Origin: Candidatus Eiseniibacteriota bacterium
GTDB lineage: Bacteria; Eisenbacteria; RBG-16-71-46; CAIMUX01; VGJL01
Length of the DNA stretch: 64,000 nucleotides
Assembly: GCA_963792585.1 (NCBI GenBank)
Contig: CAWBWI010000003.1
Coordinates: 62,942-126,941 of the forward strand
Direction of reading: 5' to 3'
Positions within the stretch are counted from its first letter, which is position 1. Each line of letters opens with the position of its first letter. The notes under the pieces were generated by a model. That model saw only the letters and a list, made by a program, of their open reading frames with translations, ran no database searches and was not told where the DNA came from. This document shows positions 19,859-30,660 of this stretch, piece after piece. The translations under genes were made by a program, and so were the position numbers.

Positions 19859-19991
19859 CTACCGGCCGAACGTCAGGGTCGCGATGACGATCAGGGCCAC
19901 GACCCCGATGGCCGCCACGCCCACCCCAAGGGCGCCGATCACGGCGATGTCACGGATCAATCGGCGCCGGTCCGCCCGGCGTCCCGGTCAT
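19859..19991 (-). CDS. Putative small single-TM protein (about 43 aa, one frameshift)
   Basis: ATG overlaps the PaiB stop; ...LIRDIAVIGALGVGVAAIGVVALIVIATLTFGR*. Confidence 0.5.
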
Positions 19992-20626
19992 CGTTCACGG
20001 ATACCTCGCATCGCGACGGCGGTCGCGCGGTCGCCAACGGCTTCGAGGCCGGCGATCACGCCATCGACATCTTCGGTTGACCGGTTCTGGCTGAGCTTGA
20101 GCTTGGCCTCGAGGCGGTCGACCAGGAGCTCGACCCCGACGATCGCCCGAAGCTGGCCCGCGACGTACGGCTCGGGCGCATCGTCCACCGACCACGCCGG
20201 TCGGCGACCGGCCTCGTACTTGGTCGTGAGGTCGCGCACGTTCGCCTCCACCCAGGCCGGGTCGTCATGGATGAGCAGCCGGCCATAGGCGTGGATCCGC
20301 GCGTAGTTCCAGGTCGGCACGACCCGGCCGTGCTCTCGCTTCGTGGCGTACCAGGAGGGCGTGACGTAGGCGTCGGGCCCGCGGACGATGGCCATCGCCT
20401 CGCCGATCGCAGGCTCGCGCCACTGCTCGTTCTTGCGGGCAAGGTGACCGCGCAACGCTCCGAACGCCCCGATCCCCTCCCGTGAGCCGGGCGCGTCCCA
20501 GACGACCGGCAGCATCGTGGCGAGGATCCCGCGCGACGTCACGGTGACGAGGTCGATCGCACCGGCGTTGGTGAGCAGGTCGATGACATCGGCCTCGGTC
20601 GGGGCGAAATGCGCTGGGACGTACAC
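19988..20626 (-). CDS. paiB: FMN-binding PaiB-family protein
   Basis: MYVPAHF, GHLARKNEQW, GPDAYVTPSWY, VPTWNY, KLSQNR. Confidence 0.93.
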   Translation of the reverse strand: MYVPAHFAPTEADVIDLLTNAGAIDLVTVTSRGILATMLPVVWDAPGSREGIGAFGALRGHLARKNEQWREPAIGEAMAIVRGPDAYVTPSWYATKREHGRVVPTWNYARIHAYGRLLIHDDPAWVEANVRDLTTKYEAGRRPAWSVDDAPEPYVAGQLRAIVGVELLVDRLEAKLKLSQNRSTEDVDGVIAGLEAVGDRATAVAMRGIRER

Positions 20627-20715
20627 GGGTCGGCGGCCTCCAGGTCGGGGCGCGAGTATGCCCGACGGGCGGGACACGTAGAATCGGTCCACTTCCCCTC
20701 CGGAGACCCGCACCC

Positions 20716-21666
20716 ATGACTGACCTCAAGATCGGCATCCTGCCCTGGAGCCAGAGCGCCACGTGGCCGGAGATGCTCGACGCCGCGAAGCGCATCGACC
20801 GCCTCGGCTACGACCACCTCTGGACCTGGGACCATCTGTACGCGATCTTCGGCGACCCGTATCAGCCGATCTTCGAGGGCTGGACGACGCTCGCCGCCTG
20901 GGCCATGGCCACCGAGCGCGACCGCCTCGGCCTGCTCGTCGGCGCGAACACGTTCCGCAATCCCGGGCTCACCGCCAAGACGGCGGAGACGCTCGACCAC
21001 ATCAGCGGCGGCCGCGCCATCCTGGGCATCGGTGGCGCCTGGATGGAGCCCGAGCACACGGCCCACGGCATCGAGTTCGGGACCGGCTTCGGCCAGCGGC
21101 TCGACTGGATGGACGAATCGGTCGGCGCGATGCGTGCGCTCCTCGACGGCGAGGCCGTGACGTCCGCGCCGGGCGGCCACTACCGGTTCGCCGACCTTCG
21201 CCACGCTCCCCTGCCCGTCCAGGCGCACCTCCCGATCATGATCGGCGGCAGCGGCGAGAAGAAGACGCTACGGACGGTCGCCAAGTACGCGGACCTGTGG
21301 AACGCGTCGGGCACCCCCGAGGTCATGGCCCACAAGATCGATGTGCTGCGCGAGCACTGCGCGGCGGTGGGCCGGGACATCGCCGAGATCGAGTTCACCC
21401 TCGGGATCAAGCTCACGATCCGGGACACGAAGGCGGAGGCCGAGCAGGTCCGCTGGGCCGCCATCGAGCACAACCGGACGCCGCGCGCCGAGGTCGAGGA
21501 CGACGACACGTTCTGGGAGGGGTCGCCGGAGGAGATCGCCGACCGGCTGCGTCCCTACGTCGCGCTCGGCTTCACGACGATCATCTCCGAGCAGCCCGCG
21601 CCGTACGACATCGAGACGCTCGAGCGGTTCATCGGCGAGGTGAAGCCGCTCATCGACGCCGGGTAG
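20716..21666 (+). CDS. LLM-class flavin-dependent oxidoreductase (probably F420-dependent)
   Basis: LWTWDHLY, EGWTTLAAWA, RNPGLTAK...DHISGGRAILGIGGAW, IMIGGSGEKKTLR. Confidence 0.93.
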   Translation: MTDLKIGILPWSQSATWPEMLDAAKRIDRLGYDHLWTWDHLYAIFGDPYQPIFEGWTTLAAWAMATERDRLGLLVGANTFRNPGLTAKTAETLDHISGGRAILGIGGAWMEPEHTAHGIEFGTGFGQRLDWMDESVGAMRALLDGEAVTSAPGGHYRFADLRHAPLPVQAHLPIMIGGSGEKKTLRTVAKYADLWNASGTPEVMAHKIDVLREHCAAVGRDIAEIEFTLGIKLTIRDTKAEAEQVRWAAIEHNRTPRAEVEDDDTFWEGSPEEIADRLRPYVALGFTTIISEQPAPYDIETLERFIGEVKPLIDAG

Positions 21667-21675
21667 GAGGCGGTC

Positions 21676-22249
21676 GTTATCGAGATCGGGCGGATCAGGG
21701 TCCGAGCCTGGCGCCGCATCGCCCTAGTCGCGGCGTCAGTGGTCCTCGTCGCCTGCGGCCAGCCCGTCCCGACCCGATCGCCTTCATCGACGCCGATGGG
21801 TCTCGCCGCCAGCGAAGAGCTGCCGACGTTGCGCGTCGCCGAGCTCACGATCACGGTGAGCGGGCGTGCGGCCTGCGAATGGCTTGGGGGCTGTCAGGCC
21901 GCGCTGGCCATCGAGCCCACGATCGACCCCGCGGCGACGCTCGACCCTGGCGGACCTGCTCCCGAGGGGATCGCCCTGGATCTCGTCCAGGTCGAGGAAG
22001 CGGATCGCGGCACGTACGACGTCGGCCCGGGCGCCGATCTCCCGACGACGATCGAACCCGGCGCCTACCGTGTCGTCGGGGAGTGGAACCTGATGTCCGA
22101 CATCCCATCGGCGGGAACGTTCCCGATCATGGGGACGCAGTACGGTTGCGTCGCTCCGCTCTCCGTCGAATTCGACGACCACTCGAGTGTCGATCACGCT
22201 GGTGTTCGCCCTCGAAGGGACGTGCGTCGTGGCCGCGGCAGCCGCCTGA
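21676..22249 (+). CDS. Hypothetical lipoprotein (frameshift near 22185)
   Basis: RIALVAASVVLVAC lipobox; start codon uncertain. Confidence 0.5.
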
Positions 22250-22315
22250 ACGGGACCCCGCCGCATATGCGGCCGGTTGTCATCAGGAAGGCTACGTCAC
22301 TGCGAGCGCAACGCC

Positions 22316-23521
22316 TCAGTCCAGCACGGACCCCAGGATCGCGCGCGCCTGCTCGAACGTCGGCAGGCGCGGCGAGTTGTTGATCGCGGCGTCGTCGAGC
22401 GCGTCGGTGGCCACGACGTCGAGGGCGGCTTCATCGAACCCGAGGCTCCGGAGCCGCGGTCGCAGCCCGAGCTCGCCGAGGAACGTCCGCAACGCGCCGA
22501 TCGCCGCCACGGCCCCGGTGGCGTCCGATTCGTTCGGCGCCGCGGCCCCCAACGCCAGGCCGATCAGCTTCATCTCCCGATCGCGAAGCCCAGGCTCGTC
22601 CGCGTAGAACGCGAGCACCTCCGGCAGCACGATCGCGAGCGCCAGGCCGTGCGGAAGCCGCCCACGCGTCCCGATCGCGTGCCCCAGCGCGTGCACCAGC
22701 CCGACCCCGGTCCCGCTCTGCCTGGCCGAGACCGGCGAGGTGCGAGGCCATGAGCATCTGCGAGCGCGCCTCCAGGTCCGACGCCGTCGGCGACCGCCCG
22801 CGGGAGCCACTCGCGGACCGTCCGGATCGCCCTGGAACGCCATCGCCTCGGCGAACGGGTTCGGGTTCGCGCGACAGCTTCGATTCGATCGAGTGGGTCA
22901 TCGCGTCGACGCCGGTCGCCGCCGTCGCGGCCGGTGGCAGCCCGACGGTCAGGGCCGGATCGAGGATCGTCCAGACGGGCAGCACGCGACGGGTGGCCGA
23001 CATAGTCCTTGCGTCCGGCGACCTCGTCGGTGATGACGCCGAACGTGTGGCATTCGGCCCCGGTCCCGGCGGTCGTCGGGACGGCGATGATCGGGCCGCC
23101 CGGGTTGAGGTCCTCACGGTGATAGCCGAGGGCGAGGACATCGCCACCGTTGACGGCGTGCAGCGAGATGACCTTGGCCGAATCGATGGACGATCCGCCG
23201 CCCACCGGCACGATGACCGTGCCCCGGGATCCCGAATGCCGCGAGGGCGGCGCTCCCGCGCAGGATGGAGGCCGTGCCGGGGTTCGGCTCGACCTCGGCG
23301 TACACGCCGACCGTCGAGCCCGCCCGCCTCCAGGACCGCGCGGACGCGATCGATCACCCCCGACGCCACCACGCCCGGGATCCGTGACGATGAAGACCTG
23401 TCGCCCGCCGGCGCTGCCGACCGCGGCGACCAGCTCGGGGAGCGCCTCGATCGCGCCCGACCCCGAACCGGACGCGGTCGCGCAGCTGGAGCTCGATCGT
23501 GCGATCCGCCAGCGACGGCAT
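22316..23521 (-). CDS. Iron-containing alcohol dehydrogenase (type III; possibly a choline dehydrogenase); multiple frameshifts
   Basis: Pieces assemble to VYAEVEPNP, GGGSSIDSAK, AVPTTAGTGAE, TGVDAMTHSIES, GLVHALGH...PHG. Confidence 0.9.
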
Positions 23522-23523
23522 CG

Positions 23524-23768
23524 TCAGCGGACCTCCAGCACGGTGTCCGATCGACGTGTCGCGCCGGACCGTCAGCCAGCGCCGGCAGCCGAAGGCGTGG
23601 AACCAGCGCTCGGTCGTCGCGCCGTCCGGGTTCTCGAAGATCCAGACCTCGTCGAAGTCGCGCTCGTCGGGATCGGTGATCCAGTCGGGCACCGCGCGAC
23701 GCTCGCCCCCGAAGGTGAACTCCTCGAGCGGACGGCGACCGCAGCGCGGGCAGATCGAGCGTGTGCAT
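23524..23768 (-). CDS. soxD: Sarcosine oxidase delta subunit (frameshifted)
   Basis: ICPRCGRRPLEEFTFGGE...ERWFHAFGCRRWLTVRRDT, the C-C-H-C Zn site. Confidence 0.9.
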
Positions 23769-24993
23769 CAGCGCGTCCCCGCCGAGCCGGCATCGGCCAG
23801 GACGTGGTCGCGCCGGAAGCGATCCAGCGAGAACGGGGCGATCAGGGCGGGCGGCCGGCCCGTGGCGATCAGCTCGGCCATCCCCTCGCCGCCGGCCGGG
23901 ATGGCCTTGAAGCCCCAGGTCCCCCAGCCGGTCGTGACGAAGAAGCCATCGACGCCGGTCGCGCTCATGATCGGCGAGTAGTCGACCGAGATGTCGCAGA
24001 TGCCGGCCCACGTGCGGAGGATCCGCATGTCGCGCAGGAACGGCAGCAGCCGGGTGATCTTGTAGCTGTACGAGCGCAGCGCGCTGTACGACGACTGGCG
24101 CGAGTACGACGGCTGGCTGTCGAACTCGGCGCCGATGAGCATCTGGCCGCGATCGGTCTGCGAGACGTAGCAGGCGAGCTCGGTCGAGGCCAGGATGAGC
24201 GGGAAGCCCGGCGCGTAGTCGTTGGTCACGAAGGCGTGCAGCGGATGGGTCCGGATCGGCAGGCGCAGCGCCGGCCATCGCGGCGACCTGGGTGATCCGG
24301 CCGCCGACCGCCGAGAGCACGACCCCGGCATCGATCGGCCCGGCCGTCGTGTCCACGCCGATGACCCGCCCACCGTCGCCGTCGCGGCGGATGGCCGTCA
24401 CGCGGCGTGTGCTGGAAGATGTCGACGCCGCGCTGCGACGCGACGCTCGCGAACGCCCAGGCGACCCGGTCGTGCCGGGCGGTGGCGCCCTCGACGTGGT
24501 GCGAGCCGCCGAGGACCGGGTAGCGGCCGCCGCCGGTGAGGTCCAGCTGCGGGACGAGCTCCTTGAGCTCCTGCGGGCGTGCGCATGTAGGTCTGGGCGC
24601 CGCAGGCCTGGTTCATGGCCGCGCGGGCGCGCTCGGTGCGCATCGCCATCTCGGTGTGGGCCAGCCAGATGATCCCCTTGGTCTGGTGGAGGATCGCCGC
24701 GCCGGTCTCCTCCTCGAGCGCCTGGTAGCGCTCCAGGGAGTGCTGGTAGAAGCGGATCGACTCGGGGATGCCGTAGTTGGCCCGGATGATCGTCGTGTTC
24801 CGGCCGGTGTTGCCGCTGGCGATGTAGTCGGCCTCGATGACGGCGACGTTCGTGATGCCGTGGCGGGTCGCGAGGTGGTAGGCCGTCGAGAGGCCGTGGC
24901 CGCCGCCGCCGATGATGACGACGTCGTAGCTCGCGCCTCGGCGGCCCGTCCGGCCAGCGGATCGGCGAGCAGGGTCCGGGTGTAGTCGCTCAT
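23768..24993 (-). CDS. soxB: Sarcosine oxidase beta subunit-like FAD oxidoreductase (frameshifted)
   Basis: DVVIIGGGGHGLSTAYHL, GNTGRNTTIIRANY, RHDRVAWAFA, WAGICD, GWGTWGFKAIP. Confidence 0.92.
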
Positions 24994-25367
24994 CGCAGCC
25001 GGTCCATGCGAGCTCGTCGGCGTAGGCGGCGTGGACGACGATCGTGGCGCCGCCGTCGTCGGTCAGCCAGCAGCTTCGCCGGGACGCCGGCGATCGACCC
25101 CTGGGCGAGGGCCGGTCGCTCGATCGGGAGCGCCCATTCGATGTGCGCCGGACGCACGTCGCAGGTCGACCGGACCCGCCGACGAACCCGGTCTCGTCGT
25201 CGACGATCGCGTGCTGCGTCGTCGACCTCGACGCGCGGTGGCGCCGATGCGCGAACGCCTCGTCCGGCGCGAACCGCAGGACGGTGACGTCGCGTCGCCG
25301 GCGCCAGCGCGCGCCGTCGAGCGCCGCCGGGTCGGCCACGACGCGCGTGCGCCGCGCGAGCGATCAA
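24990..25367 (-). CDS. soxG: Short gamma-subunit-like protein (frameshifted)
   Basis: Coupled between the alpha and beta genes; VLRFAPDE...IVDDETGF...HIEWALP...LAQGSIAGVPAKL. Confidence 0.55.
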   Translation of the reverse strand: MIARAAHARRGRPGGARRRALAPATRRHRPAVRAGRGVRASAPPRVEVDDAARDRRRRDRVRRRVRSTCDVRPAHIEWALPIERPALAQGSIAGVPAKLLADRRRRRHDRRPRRLRRRARMDRLR

Positions 25368-27573
25368 GCGCGGGCACGGTGGCCCTCCGGGTCGTAGAAC
25401 GGCGTCGGCGGTGACGACCGCCTCGCGGCCGTCGATGACGACACGGTCCGGATGCGGCGGCCGCCGCTGCCAGCCGAGCATCAGCGCCTTGCCCAGCAGC
25501 GGGGAGTGCCAGCTCCCCGTCACGTTGCCGATGACCTCGCCACCGTCGCATCGAAGATCGGCGACCCCTCGACGGGCGCCGGGCCGTCCATCGAGAATCC
25601 GACCCAGCGCCGGTCGTCGGGGAGCTTCGCGGTCCGCTCCAGCGCCGCCCGGCCGATGAAGCGCGGCTTCTCCATCCGGACCGCCCAGTCCATGCCGAGC
25701 CGGCGCGGCGTCGTGTCGAGCTCGGTGTCCATGCCGACGATGACGTGGCCCTTCTCGAGGCGCAGCCCGAACAGCGCCTGCAGGCCGTGCGGCCGGATGC
25801 CCAGGTCACGGCCGGCCTCCATGAGCGCACGCCACAGCTCGACCGATCGATCGACCGGGTGGTGGAGCTCGAACGCGGCCTCGCCGGTGAACGACAGGCG
25901 CATGACGTGGCAGTCGACGCCGGCGATCACGGCGCGGACGTGGCCCAGGAAGCGCGGTGGCTCCGGGAGGCCGAGGCGGCCGCAGCAGCTCCCCGGCGAG
26001 CGGCCCCGTGACGTTGATCGCGGCGAGCGACATGGTCCGATCCATGACGTGGACGCGGAGGCCCCACGTCTCGATCCAGTCGCGCAGCCACATCTCGGCG
26101 TTGGCCGCGCCGCCGGACGTGAATGACAGCGTGAACCGCGTCTCGCCGTCGCGCAGGATCATCCCGTCGTCCATGACGTGGCCGCGCTCGTTGAGCAGCA
26201 GCGCGTAGCGCGAGCGGCCGACCTTGATGTCCGCGACGTGGCACGGGTAGAGCCGCTCCAGCGCCTCGACGACGTCCGGCCCGCTGACGACGAGCTTGCC
26301 GAGCGTGCTCACGTCGCCGATCGAGACGCCCTCGCGGACCGCCCAGTACTCGGCGACGGCGTCGCCGTAGTGCCACGGCCGCCACCAGCCGCCGAACCGG
26401 TCCATCCGGGCGCCCAGCGCGAGGTGCTCGTCGTGGAGCGGCGTCCGCCGGAAGGCGTCGACCGTCGTGTCCGCGGCGGCCTCGGCGAGGGTGATCTGGC
26501 GCGACGCCGGCCGGGCCGTGAACGGGTCCGGGACCTCGCCGGTCCGGGCGGCGATCCACGAGCGGACATGGGGCAGGCAGGCGCCGCCCTGGCAGGTGCC
26601 GATGCCGGCGAGGGTGCGCGCGCTTCAGCAGCTCCAGGTTCGTGAACCCCTTCGACCAGGCTTCGTCGAGGTCGCCGACGGTCACGTCCATGCACCGGCA
26701 GACGACCGCGGTCGGGTCGGTGGGCGCGGCCGGGAGCGGGTGGTCGTCGGCCGCGGCGCCAACGGTCGAGACCGGCAGGGTCGGCCCGGCCATCCGCGCG
26801 AGCAGGTCCCGCGGCGCCCGGCCGAGATCGACGATGACGGTCCGCGCCGCGATGGATCCGCCCGTCGTGACGACCGTCGTGACCCGACCGGCCGCGTCGC
26901 CCTCGAACCGGACGAGCTCGCGGCCGACCGTCACGACCGGTTCCGGCAGAGACGACGCCGGCGGCCCGGAGCTGGTCCGCTGCCCGCGGGGTCAGCAGCC
27001 CGTCGAGATCGTTGCCCGGGCAGACCGGCTGGATCTCGGCGGCGCCGGTCGCGACGACGATCTCCTCGGTCTCGACGTGGAGCATCCCGGTCGGCGTCCG
27101 CGCGACGACCGTCGGGCCGGGGTAGACGGCGACGACCTCGTTCCCCTCGGCGGCGTCGAGGACGAGCGCGCCTCGCGTGCGTCGGCGGCGGCCCGCCGGC
27201 CGCGTCGCCCCCACCGATGACCACGACCTCCGCCTGCCGGCGCTCGACCGGGACCTCGCCGACGACCGACCCGCGCGGCAGCGGCGGGTTCCCCGCGGCC
27301 GGGTGCCGCTCGACCACGCGTCCCCGGACGCGCCGGGACCTGGCACGTCCGGACGTAGGCGATGCCATCGACGACCGCCAGGCAGTTCCCGCAGTCGCCG
27401 GCGAGGCACAGCGTCCCGCCACGCCCGGGCGGCTCGCCTGCCCGCACGATCGCGACCGCGAGCGCTGTCGCCCTCCTGCGCGTCGATCGGCCGGCCATCG
27501 ACGACGATCCGGCCGCTGACCGACGCACCCGGTCGCGGCCCCCGAGGCCACGGGCCGCCGAGCCGTCGGTCAC
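25364..27573 (-). CDS. soxA: Sarcosine oxidase alpha-like subunit: 2Fe-2S + short Rossmann + BFD-like 2Fe-2S + GcvT folate domain (many frameshifts)
   Basis: LCLAGDCGNC...RTC; VVCRCMDVT...GIGTCQGGAC; DVSTLGKLVVSGPD; RLSFTGEAAFELH; LRLEKGH; TPFYDPEG. Confidence 0.85.
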
Positions 27574-30038
27574 TGGCGCATCCGCAGGCCCTGCGGGTCG
27601 AACAGCGGCTCGGGCTGGAGCCGCGCCGGCCGCCGTCGGCCGATGATCTCGATCTCGAAGCCGTTGCCGCCGGGGCCGTCCGGCGTCGCCAGCGCGGCAG
27701 GCACGTACCCGAGCGCGATCGATCGCCCCACGTGATGCCCGTACCCGCCGCTGGTGACCCAGCCGACGACCTGCGTCGTCGTGCCAGATCGGTTCGTCGC
27801 CGATGACGTCGGCGGGATCGTCCGGGTCCGGCTCCACGACGAACGTGACGAGCCGGCGCGTCGGCCCGTCGCCGGCGAGTTCGGCCTCGTAGGCGCCCCG
27901 CCCGATGAACTCGTGGTCGAGCTTGACGTAGCGCCCGAGACCCGCCTCGGGCACCGTGTAGATCGGCCGGTACTCGCGGAACCACGTCCCGTAGCTCTTC
28001 TCCAGGCGCAGCGACATCAGCGCCCGCATCCCGAACAGCCGCAGGCCGAGGTCCTGGCCGGCCGCGACGATCTCGTCGAACAGCGGGCGCTGGTACTGCG
28101 GCGCGACCCACAGCTCGTAGCCCAGGTCGCCGCTGTAGTTGATCCGGGCGACGTGCGCCGGGACCATCCCGAGATCGACCTGCCGGAACGTCATGAACGG
28201 GAACGCCTCGGACGACAGGTCGAGGTCGGAGATGCGCGACAGGAGCTCCCGCGACAGGGGGCCCGTGACCGACAGGCCGGTCAGGCCCAGCCCCAGGACC
28301 TCGAACCGGACGCTTCCGTCGGGCGGCAGGTGGTGGCGGAACCAGCGCGAGTGGTGGACCTCCGCGGGGAGCGACCCGAAGAGGTGGAACTCGTCGGTCT
28401 CGCTCGCGCGCGCGATCGTGAACTCGCCGACGATCCGGCCCGCGTCGTTGAGCATGGCGGTCAAGGCGATCCGCCCAGGACGCCGGCATCCGTTGGGTCA
28501 GCATCGACGACAGCCAGGCCTCGGCGCCCGGACCGGTGACCCGGTACTTCGCGTAGTTGGAGATCTCGGTCATGCCGACCTGCTCGCGGACGGCGGCGAC
28601 CTCGGCGGCGACCTGCTTCCAGGCATTCGAACGGCGGAAGGTGACGTCCTCGACCGGGGCCAGCCCGTCCTCCTGGAACCACAGGGCGTGCTCCAGGCCG
28701 TAGGTCGCCCCCCAGACCGCATTCGCCGCCGTCAGCCGGTCGTAGATGGGCGTCGTGAGGAGCGGTCGGCCGTCGGGCAGCTCCTCGTTCGGGAAGGTGA
28801 TCCGGAACCGGCGTCGATAGTTCTCCTGGACCTTCGCGTTGGTGTAGGCGAGCGTCGCGTAGTCGCCGTAGCGCGCGACGTCCATGCCCCAGATATCCAT
28901 CCCGGAGTCGCCGTGGTCGCCGGCGGTCATCCAGGTCGCGAGCGCGAGGCCCACGCCGCCGCCCTGCGACAGGCCGGCCATCACGCCGCAGGCGACCCAG
29001 AACCCGCGCAGGCCGCGGACCGGACCGACGAGCGGGTTGCCGTCAGGCGAGAACGTGAACGGGCCGTTGACGACGCGCCGGATCCCCGTCGTGCCCATCG
29101 CCGGGTAGTGCTTGAAGGCCACCGAGAGTTCGGGCGTCAGGCGGTCCAGGTCCTGCTTGAGCAACTGCGATCCGAAGTCCCACGGGCGTCTCCTTCGGCG
29201 ACCACGGCACGCACGCCTGCTCGTACGTGCCCAGGAGCATCGCCCCGCCCTCCTGGCGGATGTAGATCTCGCCGGCGAAGTCGAGCGCCATCGGCATCTC
29301 GTGGCCGGTCTTCGCGACGTGCGCGGCGACCTCCGGCATGTCCTCGGTGATCAGGTAGTGGTGCTCCATGGCGAGGACCGGCAGCTCGAGGCCGACCATC
29401 CGCCCGACCTCGCGCGCCCACAGCCCGCCGCAGTTCACGACGTGCTCGGCGTGGATGGTGTCGCCGCTCTCGACGCGGACGTCCCAGGTGCCGTCCGGAC
29501 GCTGCGACAGCCCGACGACCGGGGTGTGCTGGTAGACCTCCGCGCCGGCAAGCTGGGCGCACTTCACGTACGCGCGCGTGACTCCGCTTGGGTCCACGTG
29601 CCCCTCGATCGGGTCGTAGAGCGCGCCGACGAAGTACTGCGGATCCAGCAGCGGGAAGAGGTCCGCGGCCTCGGCCGGCGAGATGAGCTCGAGTTCCATC
29701 CCGAGGTACCGTCCGCGCGCCTGGGCCATCCGCAGGAAGTCCATCCGGACCTCCGTGTCGGCGAGCATCAGGCCGCCGGGCAGATGGATGGAGCAGTCCT
29801 GGCCGGAGACGCGCTGGATCTCGTCGTACAGCTGGATCGTGTACTGCTGCAGCCGAGCGACGTTCGGGTCGCCGTTGAGCGTGTGCATCCCGCCGGCCGC
29901 ATGCCAGGTGGACCCCGCCGTCAGTTCGCGCCGCTCCAGCAGGACCACGTCAGTCCAGCCGGCCTTCGTCAGGTGGTACAGGACGCTGGCGCCGACGACG
30001 CCCCCACCGATGACGACGACCTGGGCAGACGACTTCAC
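27570..30038 (-). CDS. Dimethylglycine dehydrogenase-like GcvT-family protein (FAD domain + aminomethyltransferase; frameshifts)
   Basis: VVVIGGGVVGASVLYHL, TAGSTWHAAG, NGPFTFSPDGNPLVGP, GMRALMSLRLEKSYG. Confidence 0.93.
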
Positions 30039-30205
30039 AGGACCCTCCACGGACCACTCGAATGCATCGGTAGCCTACGCGACGGGCGGGTCGACGCGCC
30101 GAGGCGATCACGCGAACCCTGCTGGGCAAGCTTCCGTCCCAGTCACCCCACGAATCCCGTGGAAGCGCGGCGGGTCGCTTGCGGCCCGATTACTCGTCCG
30201 CGGTA

Positions 30206-30295
30206 GTCATCAGCCGACTGAACGGAACTCCGGGGGTCCATCAGCCTCCACAAGATTCGCCACCGCACTGGAACGGAACTTGGGGGTGGCGGCGA
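30206..30295. repeat. Imperfect direct repeat in the divergent intergenic region upstream of the betaine operon
   Basis: actgaacggaactccggggg (about 30217) and actggaacggaacttggggg (about 30267); catcagcc also occurs twice. Confidence 0.6.
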
Positions 30296-30381
30296 CCAGC
30301 GGGCGGCGACCGGTGCGGGCCGGCCACAGACGCGCGGCCGACCACCGGCGCATGGTGCCGCCTCTTGGCGTCGCGCCTGAT

Positions 30382-30395
30382 ATGCGCTAGCGTAT
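30382..30395 (+). promoter_or_regulatory. Near-palindrome at the vapB start; candidate TA autoregulatory operator
   Basis: ATGCGCTAGCGTAT (12/14 palindromic) overlaps the antitoxin start. Confidence 0.35.
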
Positions 30396-30660
30396 GCGCA
30401 TGCGCAGTCTTGACCGTCGCGTCCATCTGCTACTCGACGAGCCGCGACACCTCAAGCTCGTGATCGAGGCGAAGCGGCGAAACGTCTCGATCGCCGAGGT
30501 CATCCGCGACGCGATCGACCGCCTGCCCACCGATGCCGAGGTCCGGCGCGCCGCGATCGACCGCATCCTCGCAGCGAAGCCGATGGAGGTCCCGCTCGAC
30601 CCCAGGGATCTACGCCGCGAGCTCGATCACGAGCACGAGCGGCACGAACGCCGCCCGTGA
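30394..30660 (+). CDS. vapB: Ribbon-helix-helix (CopG-like) antitoxin
   Basis: RRVHLLLDE...NVSIAEVIRDAIDR; GTGA overlap with a PIN gene. Confidence 0.85.
   Translation: MRMRSLDRRVHLLLDEPRHLKLVIEAKRRNVSIAEVIRDAIDRLPTDAEVRRAAIDRILAAKPMEVPLDPRDLRRELDHEHERHERRP

Noticed and set aside
22316-30038. Programmed ribosomal frameshifting in the sox/DMGDH/ADH genes
   Set aside because: There are too many shifts, in both directions, without slippery heptamers. Sequencing indels are more parsimonious.
30195-30260. Fluoride or glycine riboswitch (GCTGATGAC resemblance)
   Set aside because: Only a short partial match. The 5' pseudoknot strand and glycine-aptamer core are not recognisable. Kept only as an unexplained repeat.
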